A DNA stretch of 64,000 nt from Squalus acanthias. Lineage: Eukaryota. The notes under the pieces are model-generated. The model had not been told where the DNA came from. It ran no database searches and worked only from the letters and a program-made list of their open reading frames with translations. The number at the start of each line of letters is the position of its first letter. Within the stretch, counting starts at the first letter, position 1. The stretch spans positions 8,806,001-8,870,000 of the forward strand of contig CM059433.1 in the NCBI GenBank assembly GCA_030390025.1. The letters are read 5' to 3'. The position numbers and the translations under genes are program-made. Positions 24,876 through 38,286 of the stretch are shown here, in pieces.

Positions 24876-25384
24876 ACTTCAACGGAAAGGAAAAGCGGGC
24901 AGCGTGTATAACGGGCGGCCAATCTGCAACCACCCATTTTCTGCCCCCACTGAGAGTTAAAATTACCACCCCCCCCCCATCCCTTGCTTAAAACGTAGCA
25001 TTACTAAGCAGAACGCCCTGTTGCTCTGCCTGAGCACATGACCTGTGACCAGCAAAGATGGAGCAAATTGACAGAAAGTCCTGACTTGTGAGTTTTAAAT
25101 TTAACTTGCATTGAAACTTTTTTTAGGCACAATGATCAGCCCCCACTCAGACCCATGATCGGCAATGTGCAATAAGTTCAAACAGAGGTAGAGGCTTGGC
25201 ACAGTGTCTTGACTCCGTTTTCCTCCGCATTACAACCCAGAAGTAGATGCACATGGGGCATAACGCAAGAGAAAATCAACCCCGTTACCTCCTGAAGCTA
25301 CGTCATTCCCCATAATAGCAGTGAAAGAGAAATACACTTCGGGCTTAATCGTGTGGTGTACAAGCAGAGGACAGAGGGACGAGG

Positions 25385-25800
25385 TTGCAGATGTGCGTTA
25401 GCATGACGTCCTTTCACCTCTGAGGCCTGGGTTTGAATCCAGCTCGGGCAGATGGAATAAAATTCCCTGCCTGTTGACTGGAGAGTCCCTGAATACAATG
25501 AGCTCGGGCAGTCTCACTCCAGCACCGGTAGAGCGTGGTAAGAAAATGATCCACAATTTGGTACGAAATTGGTAATAATCTCACTCAGAGATGCCACTTA
25601 ATGGCGTGGGAAATGAAAATGCTACGTTGCCGATGTCTTGGCAGTAGTGCTAAAGCACTTTGTTTTGGGAAGAGTGGGCGGACCTCTACTCCACACCTGG
25701 CTGTGCAACACCTGACCTGGGTGTGTTCGATGCTGCTACCCGCATCTCTGACATGGGAAAGCCTTCCATTCCCAGCGATAACATCCCTCAGTAGAATGTG
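25385..25800 (+). mobile_element. Ancient tRNA-derived SINE (AmnSINE2-like)
   Basis: cctttcacctctgaggcctgggtttgaatccagctc B-box head; family match recalled from memory only. Confidence 0.4.
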
Positions 25801-27249
25801 CTCTCTGAGGCTTATTGTTGTTTCATTTCCCACCATTAGCACCACAACGAGCGTTTAAAAAAAAAACAGTCAAGCAAAATACAAACAGGAGCCAACCCAT
25901 CCATCATTATCTGCCTCGCCAACCTCTTTGCCAAAAAAGCTGAAAGCAGGAAGCAGTAAGCTGAACATAGAGAAAGGCCTGTTCCTCTGTATTATGGAGA
26001 ATAACTCAGGGTCTGGATTGTGTTCCAGGAAAGTAATACATCTTGGGATCCAGCTGGCATTGATGAATCACCAACTCGAGCTTCACTCTCACTGCTTAAG
26101 AGGCTCTCCCAACCCCTTCCACGTACTTCAGCCGGTAACACACTGAGTGTTTCCCCAATAAATAAAAGGACCCGAGGGAATCAGTACTTTACAACATTAC
26201 ACTGTGCGCAACTAAAAACATGACTAATGTTTGGTGATGAGCTGCATATAAGTCATTTAAAGGGACGAACCCTCTCAGTCATACACCACCTCTACAAAAA
26301 AATTCCAGCAGTGCTCGCAGTTTATGGTGCTCTGTTTCAGTACTCTGTTTACTAAGGGGATTTCTAGCACCTGTACGCATATACAGTAATTCAGAAAGAT
26401 TTACAATTGGAACAGATTATTTTTCATAATTACCATGAAACGAGGAAGTGTTTTTTTAGACATGAAAAGGACCAAATTACCTTAGAATCGGCCAAGTGGA
26501 TGATATATTCCCACTGATTGTGCAACCAATTTATTAGGAACCAAAGTGAAGTGAGTTGCACTCGGTGTCATAGCATTGGCAGTTTGCTCTTGCGGTTTTG
26601 AAGGTTGAAGAAAGTGTTGTTTTGTGGTTAAAGACTGCCTTTTGTGCATTAACCGATATGTGTGTTCATCAGAGAAGAATGACATTGTACTTGCCGGAGG
26701 CGCTGTGTGAGACCACAAGCAATTGTGCAGCTTCTTATTACATGAGTTTCCCCTCAGATGTTTCGTGGTGTGCACTCGAATATTTGATCAGGTTCGGGAA
26801 TTGGCTCCTGAAGATGTAGTTGCACTTCTGTTCAGCAGCATCACTAAGAGAATTGTTAACAAGCCTTATTCACAAAGTCATTCAAGTAGATATTGATACT
26901 GTTTCAATTAATAGTAAATGCAAGTCTTTCTTTCTTTTAATTTGCTGAAATAAGTACTCTACTGTGCAATCTAATAATCTCCTCATAAACATTAACGAAG
27001 AATAAATAAAATGATCGAGGATTAAGGTCCTTAATGCTTTTGCAGTAAACCCCAAACTCTTTTGGCTAGTGAGATATTTATAAGATTAATGTGTATCCTA
27101 GAGCACCTACATTACTCAGCCACCTTTTCATTTAATTGCTCTTTGCTCCATTATTGAGGACAATTCAGGTTGCTATGACATTATTTTTCTTGCTAAGAAT
27201 GGCGAGTATATGATAATGTGGGGGACACAATTGGTGATATAGAGGCTGA

Positions 27250-27970
27250 ACCAGACTTCGCAACCTTGGTGTCATATTTGACCCTGAAATGAGCTTTCAA
27301 CCACACATCTGCGCCATCACTAAGACCGCCTACTTCCACCTCTGTAACATCGCCTTGCCTCAGCTCATCTGTTGCTGAAACCCTCATCCATGCCTTTGTT
27401 ACCTCTAGACTTGACACCTGGCTGGCCTCCCACGTTCTACCCTCCGGAAACTTGAGGTCATCCAAAATTCTGCTGCTCGAGTCCTAACTCTCACCAAGTC
27501 CCGTTCACCCATCACCCCTGGGCTCACTGACCTACATTGGCTCCCGGTTAAGCAACGCCTCGATTTCAAAATTCTCATCCTTGTTTTCAAATCCCTCCAT
27601 GGCCTCGTCCCTCCCTATCTCCATAATCTCCACCAGCCCCACAACCCCCCGAGATATCTGCGCTCCTCTAATTCTGCCCTCTTGAGCATCCCTGATTATA
27701 ATCACTCAACCATTGGCAGCCGTGCCTTCTGTTGCCTAGGCCCTAAGATCTGGAATTCCCTGCTTAAACCTCTCCACCTCGCTACCTCTCTTTCCTCCTT
27801 TAAGACACTCCTTAAAACCTACCTCTTTGACCAAGCTTTTGGTCACCTGCCCTAATATCTCCTGATGTGGCTCGGTGTCAATTTTTGTGTGATTACGCTC
27901 CTGTGAAGCACCTTGGGACATTTTACTACGTTAAAGGCACTATATAAATACAAGTTGTTGTTGTTGTTGT
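27250..27970 (+). mobile_element. L2 LINE 3' fragment
   Basis: LIHAFVTSRLD and LHWLPVKQRLDFKIL L2 motifs; (ttg)n tail. Confidence 0.88.
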
Positions 27971-28059
27971 TATGCTTTTTCACAGAGCAGGTGGTTTTGA
28001 TTTTCCTTGAATGGAACCGACATAAAACTTGCTGCCGTGCGATCCATTTTCCTCTTGTA

Positions 28060-28405
28060 GGGCCGTGTCTGTATTTCCATATTCAATTATTTACATGTTT
28101 GCATACAACAGACGTTTGCATATTATGCCTGCCCATTCCCATGGTATTTGCTGCAACCAATCAGGATACATTAGATTCTCTGCAGTGCAATGTAAAGATG
28201 TACAAGTATGCGAGGAAAGCCTGGCATTCCTGAGTACAATATGGTTTTCTTTTCCTTTGCAATCCTCATGGGCTCAGCTCCTGGCTAATGACATCCACTA
28301 ACGCCCAACATGTCGATAAAGTTCATCTCGTTGATCAATTGTGCCAGTTTACCAGCTTGAAGCATAGTTCGCACATTCCAGTAACCAATCGGAAGCTTTG
28401 AGTGA
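28060..28405 (-). pseudogene. Degenerate APE endonuclease N-terminus of an old RTE-like LINE
   Basis: Minus strand reads LPIGYWNVRTMLQAGKLAQLINEMNFIDMLGVS, matching the RTE IGTWNVRT...DILG pattern. Confidence 0.65.
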
Positions 28406-28462
28406 ACCTGGAGTGAGGGTTCTTCAGTTTGGCTGTTGTCCATTATACAGTCCTTTAATCAA

Positions 28463-28828
28463 AGAACTTGCATTTCTATAGCGCCTATCACGACCACCGG
28501 ACGTCCCAAAGCGCTTTACAGCCAATGAAGCACTTTTTGAAGTGTAGTCACTGTTGTAATGTGGGAAACGCGGCAGCCAATTTGCGCACAGCAAGCTCCC
28601 ACAAACAGCAATGTGATAATGACCAGATCATCTGTTTTAGTGATGTTGGTTGAGGGATAATTATTGGCCAGGACACCAGGGAGAACTCCCCTGCTCTTCT
28701 TTGAAATAGTACCATGGGATCTTTTACGTCCACCTGAGAGGGCAGACAGGGCCTCGGTTTAAAGTTTCATCCGAAAGACGGCATCTCCAACAATAAGGCA
28801 CTCCCTCGGTACTGCACGGCAGTGTCAG
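28463..28828 (-). mobile_element. SacSINE1-like Deu-SINE, 5'-truncated
   Basis: Collinear with 13915-14290. Confidence 0.85.
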
Positions 28829-28960
28829 GGAATTCCAAGCAATTCTAGGGCTCTGGTTTTAAGATTGGCATCTTCTGATTTCTATTTCTGTGGCAAGCAA
28901 GGTTTTACATGGCAGGCCTGTGCAAAGACTCTCCTCCTTTATTTGGGCTTGGGACTCACA

Positions 28961-29814
28961 GGGCTGAATTTTGTCAGCCCCGAGGAGGCGGGTATGGAGG
29001 CGGGACTGCCGGTAAAGTTGCAGAATTTGGGGCGGTTGGCAAACCCGCCCCCATCCCGCCTCCGTGTCCTCTTGCCAGGAGGCAGGAAGCCGTCCTGACC
29101 CGGGTCCCGTCTCCTCGAGGCGGGAAAGGGATTGAAGCCTATTAACTGCCTGTTAACAGGTAGTTAACAGGCAGAAAATAGGATTATCCCCATTTTTCCT
29201 TCCCAAGTGCAGGCTTCCCGACCTCGGGGAACCCCGCCAAGGTGTAGGAGACGAGTAGGAGGTCTGCGGGGGTCAGAGGGGTCTGAAAGTGCAATGTAGA
29301 GGTGAGTGATGGGTGCAAGTGTGGAGTGGTAAGTATGTAAGGTGAGTGTAAAGTGTTATAAAATGTTCACTTACCTTTGTTTCTGCCTACAGCCTTCAGC
29401 CGCTGTGGATCCGGAGTCCCGACATCTCCATTGTAGATTTCACAGACTGGCTGTTGGATCCTCCGAACCAACAGCCAGGTGATTTCTGCAAAGTTGAAAG
29501 GTTTGATGAGTCCTGAACACAAGGGCTCATCAAACTACACAGAATGTCAGTGTTTGACAGCTTCACAGAGCTTCACAGAGCTGTCAAACGCTGACATTTC
29601 TTCTTTCAAAAAATCTTGACAGATGACACATCATACGTTGACATGCTCTGTCACTGACTTCCCCCTAATTGGCCTGCTGAGCCCGCTGGGCGGGCTTAAC
29701 AAGGTCAATCAGGGGAAAATCCCGCTGGTTGGCCAGAAGCTGATGGAGGCGGGATTGAAAGCCGGCAAGCAGCAGTCCCGCCTCCAAAAGCTTCCCATTG
29801 ACAAAACCCAGCTC
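28961..29814. mobile_element. Harbinger-type MITE
   Basis: TIRs gggctgaattttgtca / tgacaaaacccagctc; TSD aca; second copy at 49533-52438. Confidence 0.8.
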
Positions 29815-30129
29815 ACAGTGTGGGCTGTAGTTAGCATCACACAGGTGGAGTTATTTCTCCTGTAGATGATTCTGAATTAGCTACTTTCGCACTGAGTATG
29901 TTCGAAACCTGGCGCCTTCTTGCTCTGGAGGACTCAGCTTTCTTTCTTTTCTTTTTCAGCTACTCAGATGAACCCATTCCGCCATTGCTCGTCAAACGCT
30001 TCTTGAAAGTACAAAGAATCATACTACCTAACCTTTGCACACCAAATTAGAATATTATTAGGTTACTGTCTCCCTTATTAACAGGTTTCAGAACTGGTCA
30101 GGTTTATTATTCTGCAAATGCTGTGCGTC

Positions 30130-30770
30130 CACAAAAAGGGGGTGCAGTGCGGGTTGACCAGAATGATACCAGGGCTGAAAGGGTTAAATTATGAGGACAG
30201 GTTGCACAGACGAGACTTGAATATAGAAGATTAAAGGGTGATCTAATTGAGATGTTTAAGATGATTATTGGATTTGATCGGGTAGATAGAGAGAAACTAT
30301 TTCCTCTGGTGGGGGGAGTCCAGAACAAGGGGGCAGAACCTTAAAATTAGAGCTAGGCCGTTCAGGGGTGATGTCAGGAAGCACTTCTTCACACAAAGGG
30401 TGGTGGAAACCTGGAACCTCTCCCCCCAAAAAAAGCTGCAGAGGCTGGGGGTCAATTGAAAATTTCAAAACTGAGATTGATAGATTTTTCTGACGAAGGG
30501 TCATCGACCTGAAACATTAACTCTGTTTCTCTCTCCACAGATGCTGCCTGACCTGCTGAGTATTTCCTGCATTTTCTGTTTTTACTTCAGATTTCCAGCA
30601 TCCGCAGTATTTTGCTTTTGTGTTGATAGATTTTTGTTAGGCAAGGGTATTAAGGGTTACGGAACCAAGGCAGGTAGATGGAGTTAAGATACAGATCAGC
30701 CATGATCTCATTGAAAGGTGAAACAGGCTGGAGGGGCTGAATGGCCGACTACTGTTCCTATGTTCCTATG
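30130..30770 (+). mobile_element. CR1 3' fragment with a PLE family A insertion (30490-30622)
   Basis: CR1 motifs; PLE TSD ttgatagattttt (30477-30489 / 30623-30635). Confidence 0.88.
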
Positions 30771-30814
30771 GCCCTATTGTAAATCACAGTTGTAAGACTC
30801 CCATGAACCTGCTT

Positions 30815-31600
30815 TTGGGGAGGGCTAACAAGGCAAGGGAATACACGATAAATGGTAGGATACATAGAAGTTTAGAGGAACAAAGGGACCTTGGAGTGCA
30901 TGTCCACGATCCCTGAAGGTAGCAGGACAGGTAGATAAGGTGGTTAAGAAGGCATAGGGGATACTTGCCTTTATTAGCCGAGGCATAGAATATAAGAGCA
31001 GGGAGGTTATGCTAGAACTGTATAAGACACTAGTTAGGCCACAGCTAGAGTACTGCGTACAGTTCTGGTCACCACATTACAGGAAAGATGTGATTGCACT
31101 AGAGAGGGTACAGAGGAGATTTACGAGGATGTTGCCAGGACTGGAGAATTTTAGCTATGAGGAAAGATTGGATAGGGCTGGGATTGTTTACTTTGGAACA
31201 GAGGAGGCTGAGGGGAGACGCAATTGAGGTGTATAAAGTTATGAGGGGCCTCGATAGAGTGGATAGGAAGGACCTATTTCCCTTAGCAGAGAGGTCAATA
31301 ACCAGGGAGCATAAATTTAAAGTAATTGGTAGAAGGATTAGAGGGGAGTTGAGGAGAGATTTTTTTCACCCAGAGGGTGGTGGGGGTCTGGAACTCACTG
31401 CCTGAAAGGGTGGTAGAGGCAGAAACCCTCATCGCATTTAAAAAGTACTTGGATATGCACTTGAAGTGCCGTAACCTACAAGGCTACGGACCAAGAGCTG
31501 GAAAGTGGGATTAGGCTGGAGAGCTCTTTTTCAGCCGGCACGGACACGATGGGCCAAATGGCCTCCTTCTGTGCCGTAAATTTCTATGATTCTATGATTC
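30815..31600 (+). mobile_element. CR1 LINE 3' fragment
   Basis: LYKTLVRPQLEYCVQFWSP; (ttctatga)n tail; same subfamily as 59130. Confidence 0.92.
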
Positions 31601-31634
31601 TAACTTGATGTCTGTCTGTGCATGTTTTAAAAGT

Positions 31635-31960
31635 TTGGGATGGCTCAGCAAGATTTTGCAGCGAGGAGCTGAACCACACTGACTGGAAAGATCTAGGTCT
31701 GTGTCCAGTCTGTGCGGCGTTAGTAATCTCACCCAGGGCAGTGGTAAAGGTGTTACAATTGGCCTCAACACTCCTGGACTTGGGAGAGGAACGTTGGCCA
31801 GTGTTGGTATCCAGCGGGCCCCACTGAAAGTGCGTGTATGTGGTTGTTGGGTGATGGCGGGATCAAACTCAGCTACGATACACCACTAGGTAAAAACAGC
31901 CTGTCAACACTTGCTGTCAAGCCTCCCAGATGAATGATGGTTATTTGGGGAAAGATAGCG
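31635..31960 (+). mobile_element. LF-SINE-like element
   Basis: cagggcagtggtaaaggtgttacaattggcctca core. Confidence 0.55.
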
Positions 31961-32070
31961 GAAAGAAAGAAAGATAAAGCTGCAGGTTTTCGCCCTTGCC
32001 CATTTCACGTCTTCCGGGATCTGCTCGGGAACTTGTTTTTTCTTCTTCTTTCACTTTCCTTTCCTGCTCC

Positions 32071-32314
32071 ACCAAGGCGGGTAGATGGAGTTAAGATACA
32101 GATCAGCCATGATCTCATTGAAAGGTGAAACAGGCTGGAGGGGCTGAATGGCCGACTACTGTTCCTATGTTCCGATGGCTCTATTGTGAATCCCAGTTGT
32201 AAGACGCCCATGAACTTGTTTTTGGGGAGGGCTAACAAGGCAAGGGAATACAGTATAAATGGTAGGACACTGAGAAGTGCAGAAGATCAGAGGGACCTTG
32301 GAGTGCATGTCCAC
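32071..32314 (+). repeat. Local duplicate of 30664-30907
   Basis: Copies a CR1 tail, a unique spacer and the start of the next CR1. Confidence 0.85.
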
Positions 32315-32365
32315 ACACTCCTGTTTGGTGGAATTAAAAATAAGAAGAAGACTTGCATTTATATA

Positions 32366-32790
32366 CAGGAAACTTTCGTTTATCCGGCACCCAAATATCC
32401 GGAATTCTCGCTTAACCGGCAAAAATCATCCTCCGAAAACTCCTCTCAAATAACCGGCAATGTTGCCGAGTCGCAGTCGAGTCTCCGCGAACGCCGAGTG
32501 CTCCGAAAACTCCTCTCAAATAACCGGCAATGTTGCCGATCCCGAGTCTGAGTCCGAGTCCGCGAACGCCGATTTAGTCAGTAGGGGTACTTTTCAAAAG
32601 TGCCACTACTCGGCCTCCTGGCGCTGTCGGAAGTCCGAAACACTGCAGTAGCAGGAGTTGATTCTCCCGCGCTGCCTGGAGTCTCTTTGTTAAAAATAGC
32701 CTCGGTAGATATAACTCTCCGTTATCCGGTACTTTCGATAAACCGGCACCACGCCGGTCCCGTCGATGCCGGATAAACGAAAGTTTCCTG
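32366..32790. mobile_element. Tc1/mariner pogo/Tigger-type MITE
   Basis: 24-bp perfect TIRs caggaaactttcgtttatccggca; TA TSD; inserted in a SINE tail; internal 39-bp direct repeat. Confidence 0.9.
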
Positions 32791-34074
32791 TAGCACCTTT
32801 CATGACCTCAGGATGTCTCAAAGCGCTTCACAGCCAATTCAGTACATTTTAAAGTGTAGTCAAATGTTGTAACGTTGGAGCAACTCATGGCCACAGACCC
32901 GTGGCCTAGCAAGAAGTCAACATCTTCAAGAGGGGAGTGGAGAGGAGAGGTTGAATGAGAAGATTGTCAGGAGGAAACAATTTTTTAAAAATTAAATAAA
33001 ATAACAGTGGGAGAAGAAGAAGAAAATATACTTATGTTGAATGTTTCGCAGACAGCTGGAAGGGGAGAGAAGTGAAACAGTAAATATTAGAATAATTTGC
33101 TTGGCTAGTTTGCTTAACATCTGGAGGAGGGAGTGGTCCAAAGTAACTTTATGAATGAAAGTATATTTAAAAGTTAGGAGGAAGTGAAACTGCTTTCATG
33201 AAAATTGATTTAATGATCAATTCAAAAAGCTGGAAGATGGAGAAAAACTGATTTTATAGAAACCGATTAATAATCAAGAGTTGGGAGGGGGTTGAAATAA
33301 AATGGCATTGATTAAAATTGTATTGTGCTCATTATTAATTCTCAAAACAGGCTTGTTTCAAATCTCCTGCAAGCGATCTTCCGTAGTTGCTGTAGCAGGT
33401 CGATCAAGTGCTACGTCTTTATCAGTATCAGTGCACAAGGGACTTTTATGTTTTCGTTCGGATGCTTGGAATCGCAGTGGGAAAAGCCAGTTCCTCCCTT
33501 TTGTCCCCTGGCATTCTTTCTAATTAAGCACCCATTTGAAAGTAATAGCATTTTAAAGAGTGCATTTATAAATAAATGTCAAGGTTAGATAGATGACTAA
33601 CCACTCCGCCCCCCGCCACCCCCCACCCACCCCGCGCAACCCCCCCCATCCCACATCAGGCAAAGAGATTGGGCAATGGGTGCTAAGTTGGACAGATTCG
33701 CTGTGTCTGAACAAATGTAACCTCTAAAAATACCTGTACAATAAATACCATATTGACAGAGATTTATTGCACACATTTGAGATTAAGCTACTTGCCGTAA
33801 GTTAAGACAAGCCTGCTTTAATTATCCTCATTAATAAAGGAAGTGCATGTTTGTACCACCTCTTTTCTGCACCACATCTTGGGGCTGTTCATGTGTGGTG
33901 ACTACTCAGAAGTTAGGGTTCCATATTGGCTGCAATATTTTTGCTGCAAAAACCCCACCAAGTACGTAAGGTATTTGGGTAGGGTTAAACACTAATGGGG
34001 ACTTACAACAGAAACCCGTACATCAGAGTAGCCGTGGATATGGCAAAGTAACCTGGCCATTTATTTATTTGATA

Positions 34075-34579
34075 TAAAAACAGAAAATGCTGGAAATACT
34101 CAGCAGGTCAGGCAGCATCTGTGCAAAGAGAGAAAGAGAGTTAACGTTTCAGGTCGATGACCTTTCGTCAGAACTGGAAAAAGTTGGAGATGTAACAGGT
34201 TTTTAAGCAAGTGCAGGGGCAGGGAAAGGGGGGAGGGGAGGAAAGAACAAAAGGGAAGGTCTGTGATAGGGTGGAAGGCAGGAGAGATCAAAAGACAAAA
34301 GGGATGATGGTGCGAGGCAAAAGGAGATGGTAATGGGACAAGTTCAAAAACAAAAGATGACTCTAGATGAAGTGTAAATGGCGATGGCAGAATGAAAGAC
34401 AGCTGCCATGTGGGAGAAAGAAAAAAAATGGCAGCTGTCGATCATTCTGATGAAGGGTCATCGACCTGAAAGGTTAACTCTGTTTCTCTCTCTCCACAGA
34501 TGCTGCCTGACCTGCTGAGTATTTCCAGCATTTTCTGTTTTTATTTCAGATTTACAGCATCCGCAGTATTTTGCTTTTG
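34075..34579. mobile_element. Inverted Penelope-like family A element
   Basis: Opposed 3' UTRs, each with a hammerhead motif; TSD tatttatttgata / tatttattagata. Confidence 0.87.
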
Positions 34580-35055
34580 TATTTATTAGATACCTTGGGG
34601 TAAATTCACGTTTTTACCACCTGTCTGGTAATCATTGGAATTAAAACTGGGCGGGTACTAATTTAAGCCGCTTATACCCCCTAAATGTAGAGGAAGGCTT
34701 CATACTGGGTCCTGGAGGTGTGGAGCTCCACCTCAACGTGGCAGGGTTAGCACCAGTAATTCAGTACATTCAATTCTTGGGTCTTGGGATAGGGTTCATG
34801 TGTCTGTTACTGACCTGAGGCTTGGTTCAGTGGGTTTGGCCCAGCTCCAAATTGGCAACTACACAAAAAGATTTGACTACGTTTACAAATAACCTGTTTA
34901 CTGCAGAACTATTCAAAGTGATTGTACACAGAGACTAATGTGATCTTCAAATAAGAGTTTGATTCTCTTCTTTTTTTCACTTTCCTTCCTTGCTCTGCCA
35001 CTTCGGTCCTCTCCCATTCAATTGGATAAAATGTCAGTGCTACATAGAGTCATAG

Positions 35056-36071
35056 GGCTAAAAATGGGGCGCTAGCTTCACCGGGGCACTACTTTTAGCG
35101 GCCTGGAAAAATTAGCGTCCCCGTGCCGGAAATTGAGTGGTTGCGCCCCAAGAGGGAGCGGGGCGCTACTGGAAGCGCCCTGCATCCCTCTTGGGGCGCT
35201 GCGAGTCAATATCGCGGTGGTGCTGCGGCACGTCGCGCCGCGGTATTGCAGGCTGTCCTCCCCTTCTTAAAGGGAGGGGCCTTGCGCAGCGCGACCCGGG
35301 GCCCAGCTGGGCCCCCGGGGATCGGAGTGCCAGCAAAAGAGCCCGGCAGACGGCACTCTGCGGGGGTGGGGAGGCGGTTCAGGAGGCCGGGGACGGGAGC
35401 GCAGGCAGGTGCGGGCAGGGGGCCAGCAACAAAAATGGCCGCCCCGAACCTCGCATTTAAATTGCACCTCCCCGGCCGCAGGTAGACCCCCCCTGACCCC
35501 GGTGGACATAGCATCCGGCAGTAAGTCAGGGGGCGCTCCCAAAGATCGCGGCCGGGGCGCAAGCGGGGTGCTGCGCACAGCAATGACGTCACTTCTCCCA
35601 ATGAGGTGAAGCCACACAAACACTTCAAAGCTTGTCACCAACACAAAAATCTAAACACATTAAAAATGACTTTCCCAACATTTCCTTACCTCTGATACTC
35701 ACCAGTGTCCCATTGCATCCTTCACACCACTTCTGCAGCTGTCATCTATACACAAACATTACAACAGACCCACAGCACACCTCACTTACCCTGGCGGGGT
35801 TCCCCAATGTCGGGAAGCCCGCAGCAGAAGTCTCAAAATGGGAAAAAGCCTCTTAACTGCCTGTTAACTACCTGTTAACAGGCAGTTAAGTGGCTGTAAT
35901 CCTCTTCCCGCCGCTAGGAGTCGGGTCCCTTCGCAAATCGGGGACCCGACTCCCGGGAAGATTGGCTGGAGGCGGGGTGGGAGTGAGTTCGGGACCCGCT
36001 CCCATTCTTTTTGATTTTCCCAGCAATCCCGCCTCCAGATCCGCCTCCTCAGGGCTGGTAAAATCCAGCCC
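35056..36071. mobile_element. Composite of two Harbinger-type MITE halves
   Basis: Left part resembles 934 and 43492; right part resembles 28961 and ends aaatccagccc. Confidence 0.6.
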
Positions 36072-37803
36072 TTTATGTCTGTCTTCATAGAAGAAGATGC
36101 AAAAATCCTCCCGGAAATAGTGGAGAACCAAGGCTCTAGCGAGAATGAGGAACTGAAAGAAATTAGTAATAGTAAAAAAATAGTACTGGAGAAATGAATG
36201 GAACTGAAAGCTGATAAATCCCCTGGACCTGATGGCCTACATCCTAGGGTTTTGAAAGAGGTGGCTATCGAGATAGTGGATGCATTGGTTGTCATTTTCC
36301 AAAATTCCATAGACTCTAGAACGGTTCCTGCGGATTGGAAGGTCGCAAATGTAACCCCACTATTTAAGAAAGGAAGGAGAGAGAAAACGGGGAACTACAG
36401 ACCAGTTAGCCTGACATCAGTAGTAGGAAAATGCTAGAATCTATTATTAAGGACATGGTAACAGGGCACTTAGAAAATAATAAATGGATTGGGCAGAGTC
36501 AACACGGATTTATGAAAGGGAAATCATGTTTGACGAATCTGTGAGAGTTTTTTGATGTTGTAACTAGCAGAATAGATAAGGGGGAACCAGTGGATGTGGT
36601 GTATTTGGATTTTCAGAAGGCATTCGATAAGGTGCCACACAAGAGGTTATTAAACAAAATTAGGGCTCATGGGATTGGGGGTTATATACTAGCATGGATT
36701 GAGGATTGGTTAACAGACAGAAAACAGAGAGTAGGAATAAACGGGTCATTTTCGGGTTGGCAGGCTGTAACTAGTGGGGTACCGCAAGGATCAGAGCTTG
36801 GGCCTCAGCTATTCACAATCTATATCAATGATTTGGATGAGGGGACCAAATGTAATATATCCAAGTTTACTGATGATACAAAGCTAGGTGGGAATGTAAG
36901 TTGTGAGGAGGATGCAAAGCGGCTTCAAGGGGATATAGACAGGCTAAGTGAGTGGGCAAGAACATGGCAAATGGAATATAATGTGGAGAAATGTGAAGTT
37001 ATCCACTTTGGTAGGAAAAATAGAAAAGCAAAGTATTTTTTTAAATGGTGAGATATTGGGAAATGTTGGTGTTCAGAGGGACCTGGGTGTTCTTGTACAC
37101 GAATCACTGAAAGTTAACTTGCAGGTACAGCAAGCAATTAGGAAAGCAAATGGTATGTTGGCCTTTATTACAAGAGGATTTGAGTATAAGAGTAAAGACT
37201 TCTTAATGCAATTATATCGGGCCCTGGTGAGACCACACCTGGAGTATTGTGTACAGTGTTGGTCTCCTTACCTAAGGAAGGATATACTTGCCATAGAGGG
37301 AGTGCAACAAAGGTTCACCAGACTGATTCCTGGGATGGGGGGATTGTCCTATGAGGACAGATTGAGTAGACTAGGCCTATATTCTCTCGAGTTTAGAAGA
37401 ATGAGAGGTGATCTCATTGAAACATACAAAATTCTTACAGGGCTCGACAGGGTAGATGCAGGGAGGATGTTTCCCCTGGCTGGGGAGTCTAGAACATGGG
37501 GTCACAGTCTCAGAATAAGGGGTCGGCCATTTAGGACTGAGATGAGGAGAAATTTCTTCACTCAGAGGGTGGTGAACCTGTGGAATTCTCTACCCCAGAG
37601 GGCTGTGGAGGCTCGGTCGTTGAGTATATTCAAGACAGAGATCGATAGATTTTTGGATATTAAGGGAATCAAGAGATATGGGGATAGTGCAGGAAAGCAG
37701 AGTTGAGGTAGAAGATCAGCCATGATCTTATTGAATGGCGGAGCAGGCTCGAGGGGCCAAATGGCCGACTCCTGCTCCTATTTCTTATGTTTATGTTCTT
37801 ATG
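36072..37803 (+). mobile_element. CR1 LINE RT region, frameshifted
   Basis: KSPGPDG, NYRPVSLTS, YLDFQKAFD, GVPQGS and FTDDTK spread across frames; 3' tail. Confidence 0.94.
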
Positions 37804-38286
37804 TGGGAATGAGCAGCCCTAGTAATGGCCAGGATGTAAGGTTTGAAACTGAGCTCAGGGTCACACAGGACACCAAGATTATACACCATCTGGTTCAGAC
37901 TGAGTGAGCAGCTGGAAAGGGGAATGGAATCAGAGACTAAGGTATAACAAGTATCCAGTAATGACTGAAAAGGATTGCTTCCTACTGGGCAACACTGAGT
38001 TGGAGAAGGTTCTGCTGACATTCTAGCGTGTGTTCTTAAAGAGGAGGTGTCTTCATGAACAACGTTTTGGCAAACCTTATTTTGTTTGGGAGAGGAGAAG
38101 TCAGAAGGGACACCCATGGGCCACTTTTGTTACAATCAAATTGTAAACAAATAAAAATGTTCTGCTGAATAGATTTTCACAATGATAGTACGTATCCCTT
38201 TTCCATATGTAGCCTAATATCTCACACTATTATTAACTTTAAACAAAATATAAGTGCAGTGGAAGCAAAGAAAAAACCCACATAAA

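Noticed and set aside
29503..29537. tgatgagtcc as a possible hammerhead
   Set aside because: It lacks C3 and GAAA, and the motif is buried in a simple hairpin.
29850..30050. Possible host exon after a strong polypyrimidine-AG
   Set aside because: No convincing donor site or recognisable peptide on either strand.
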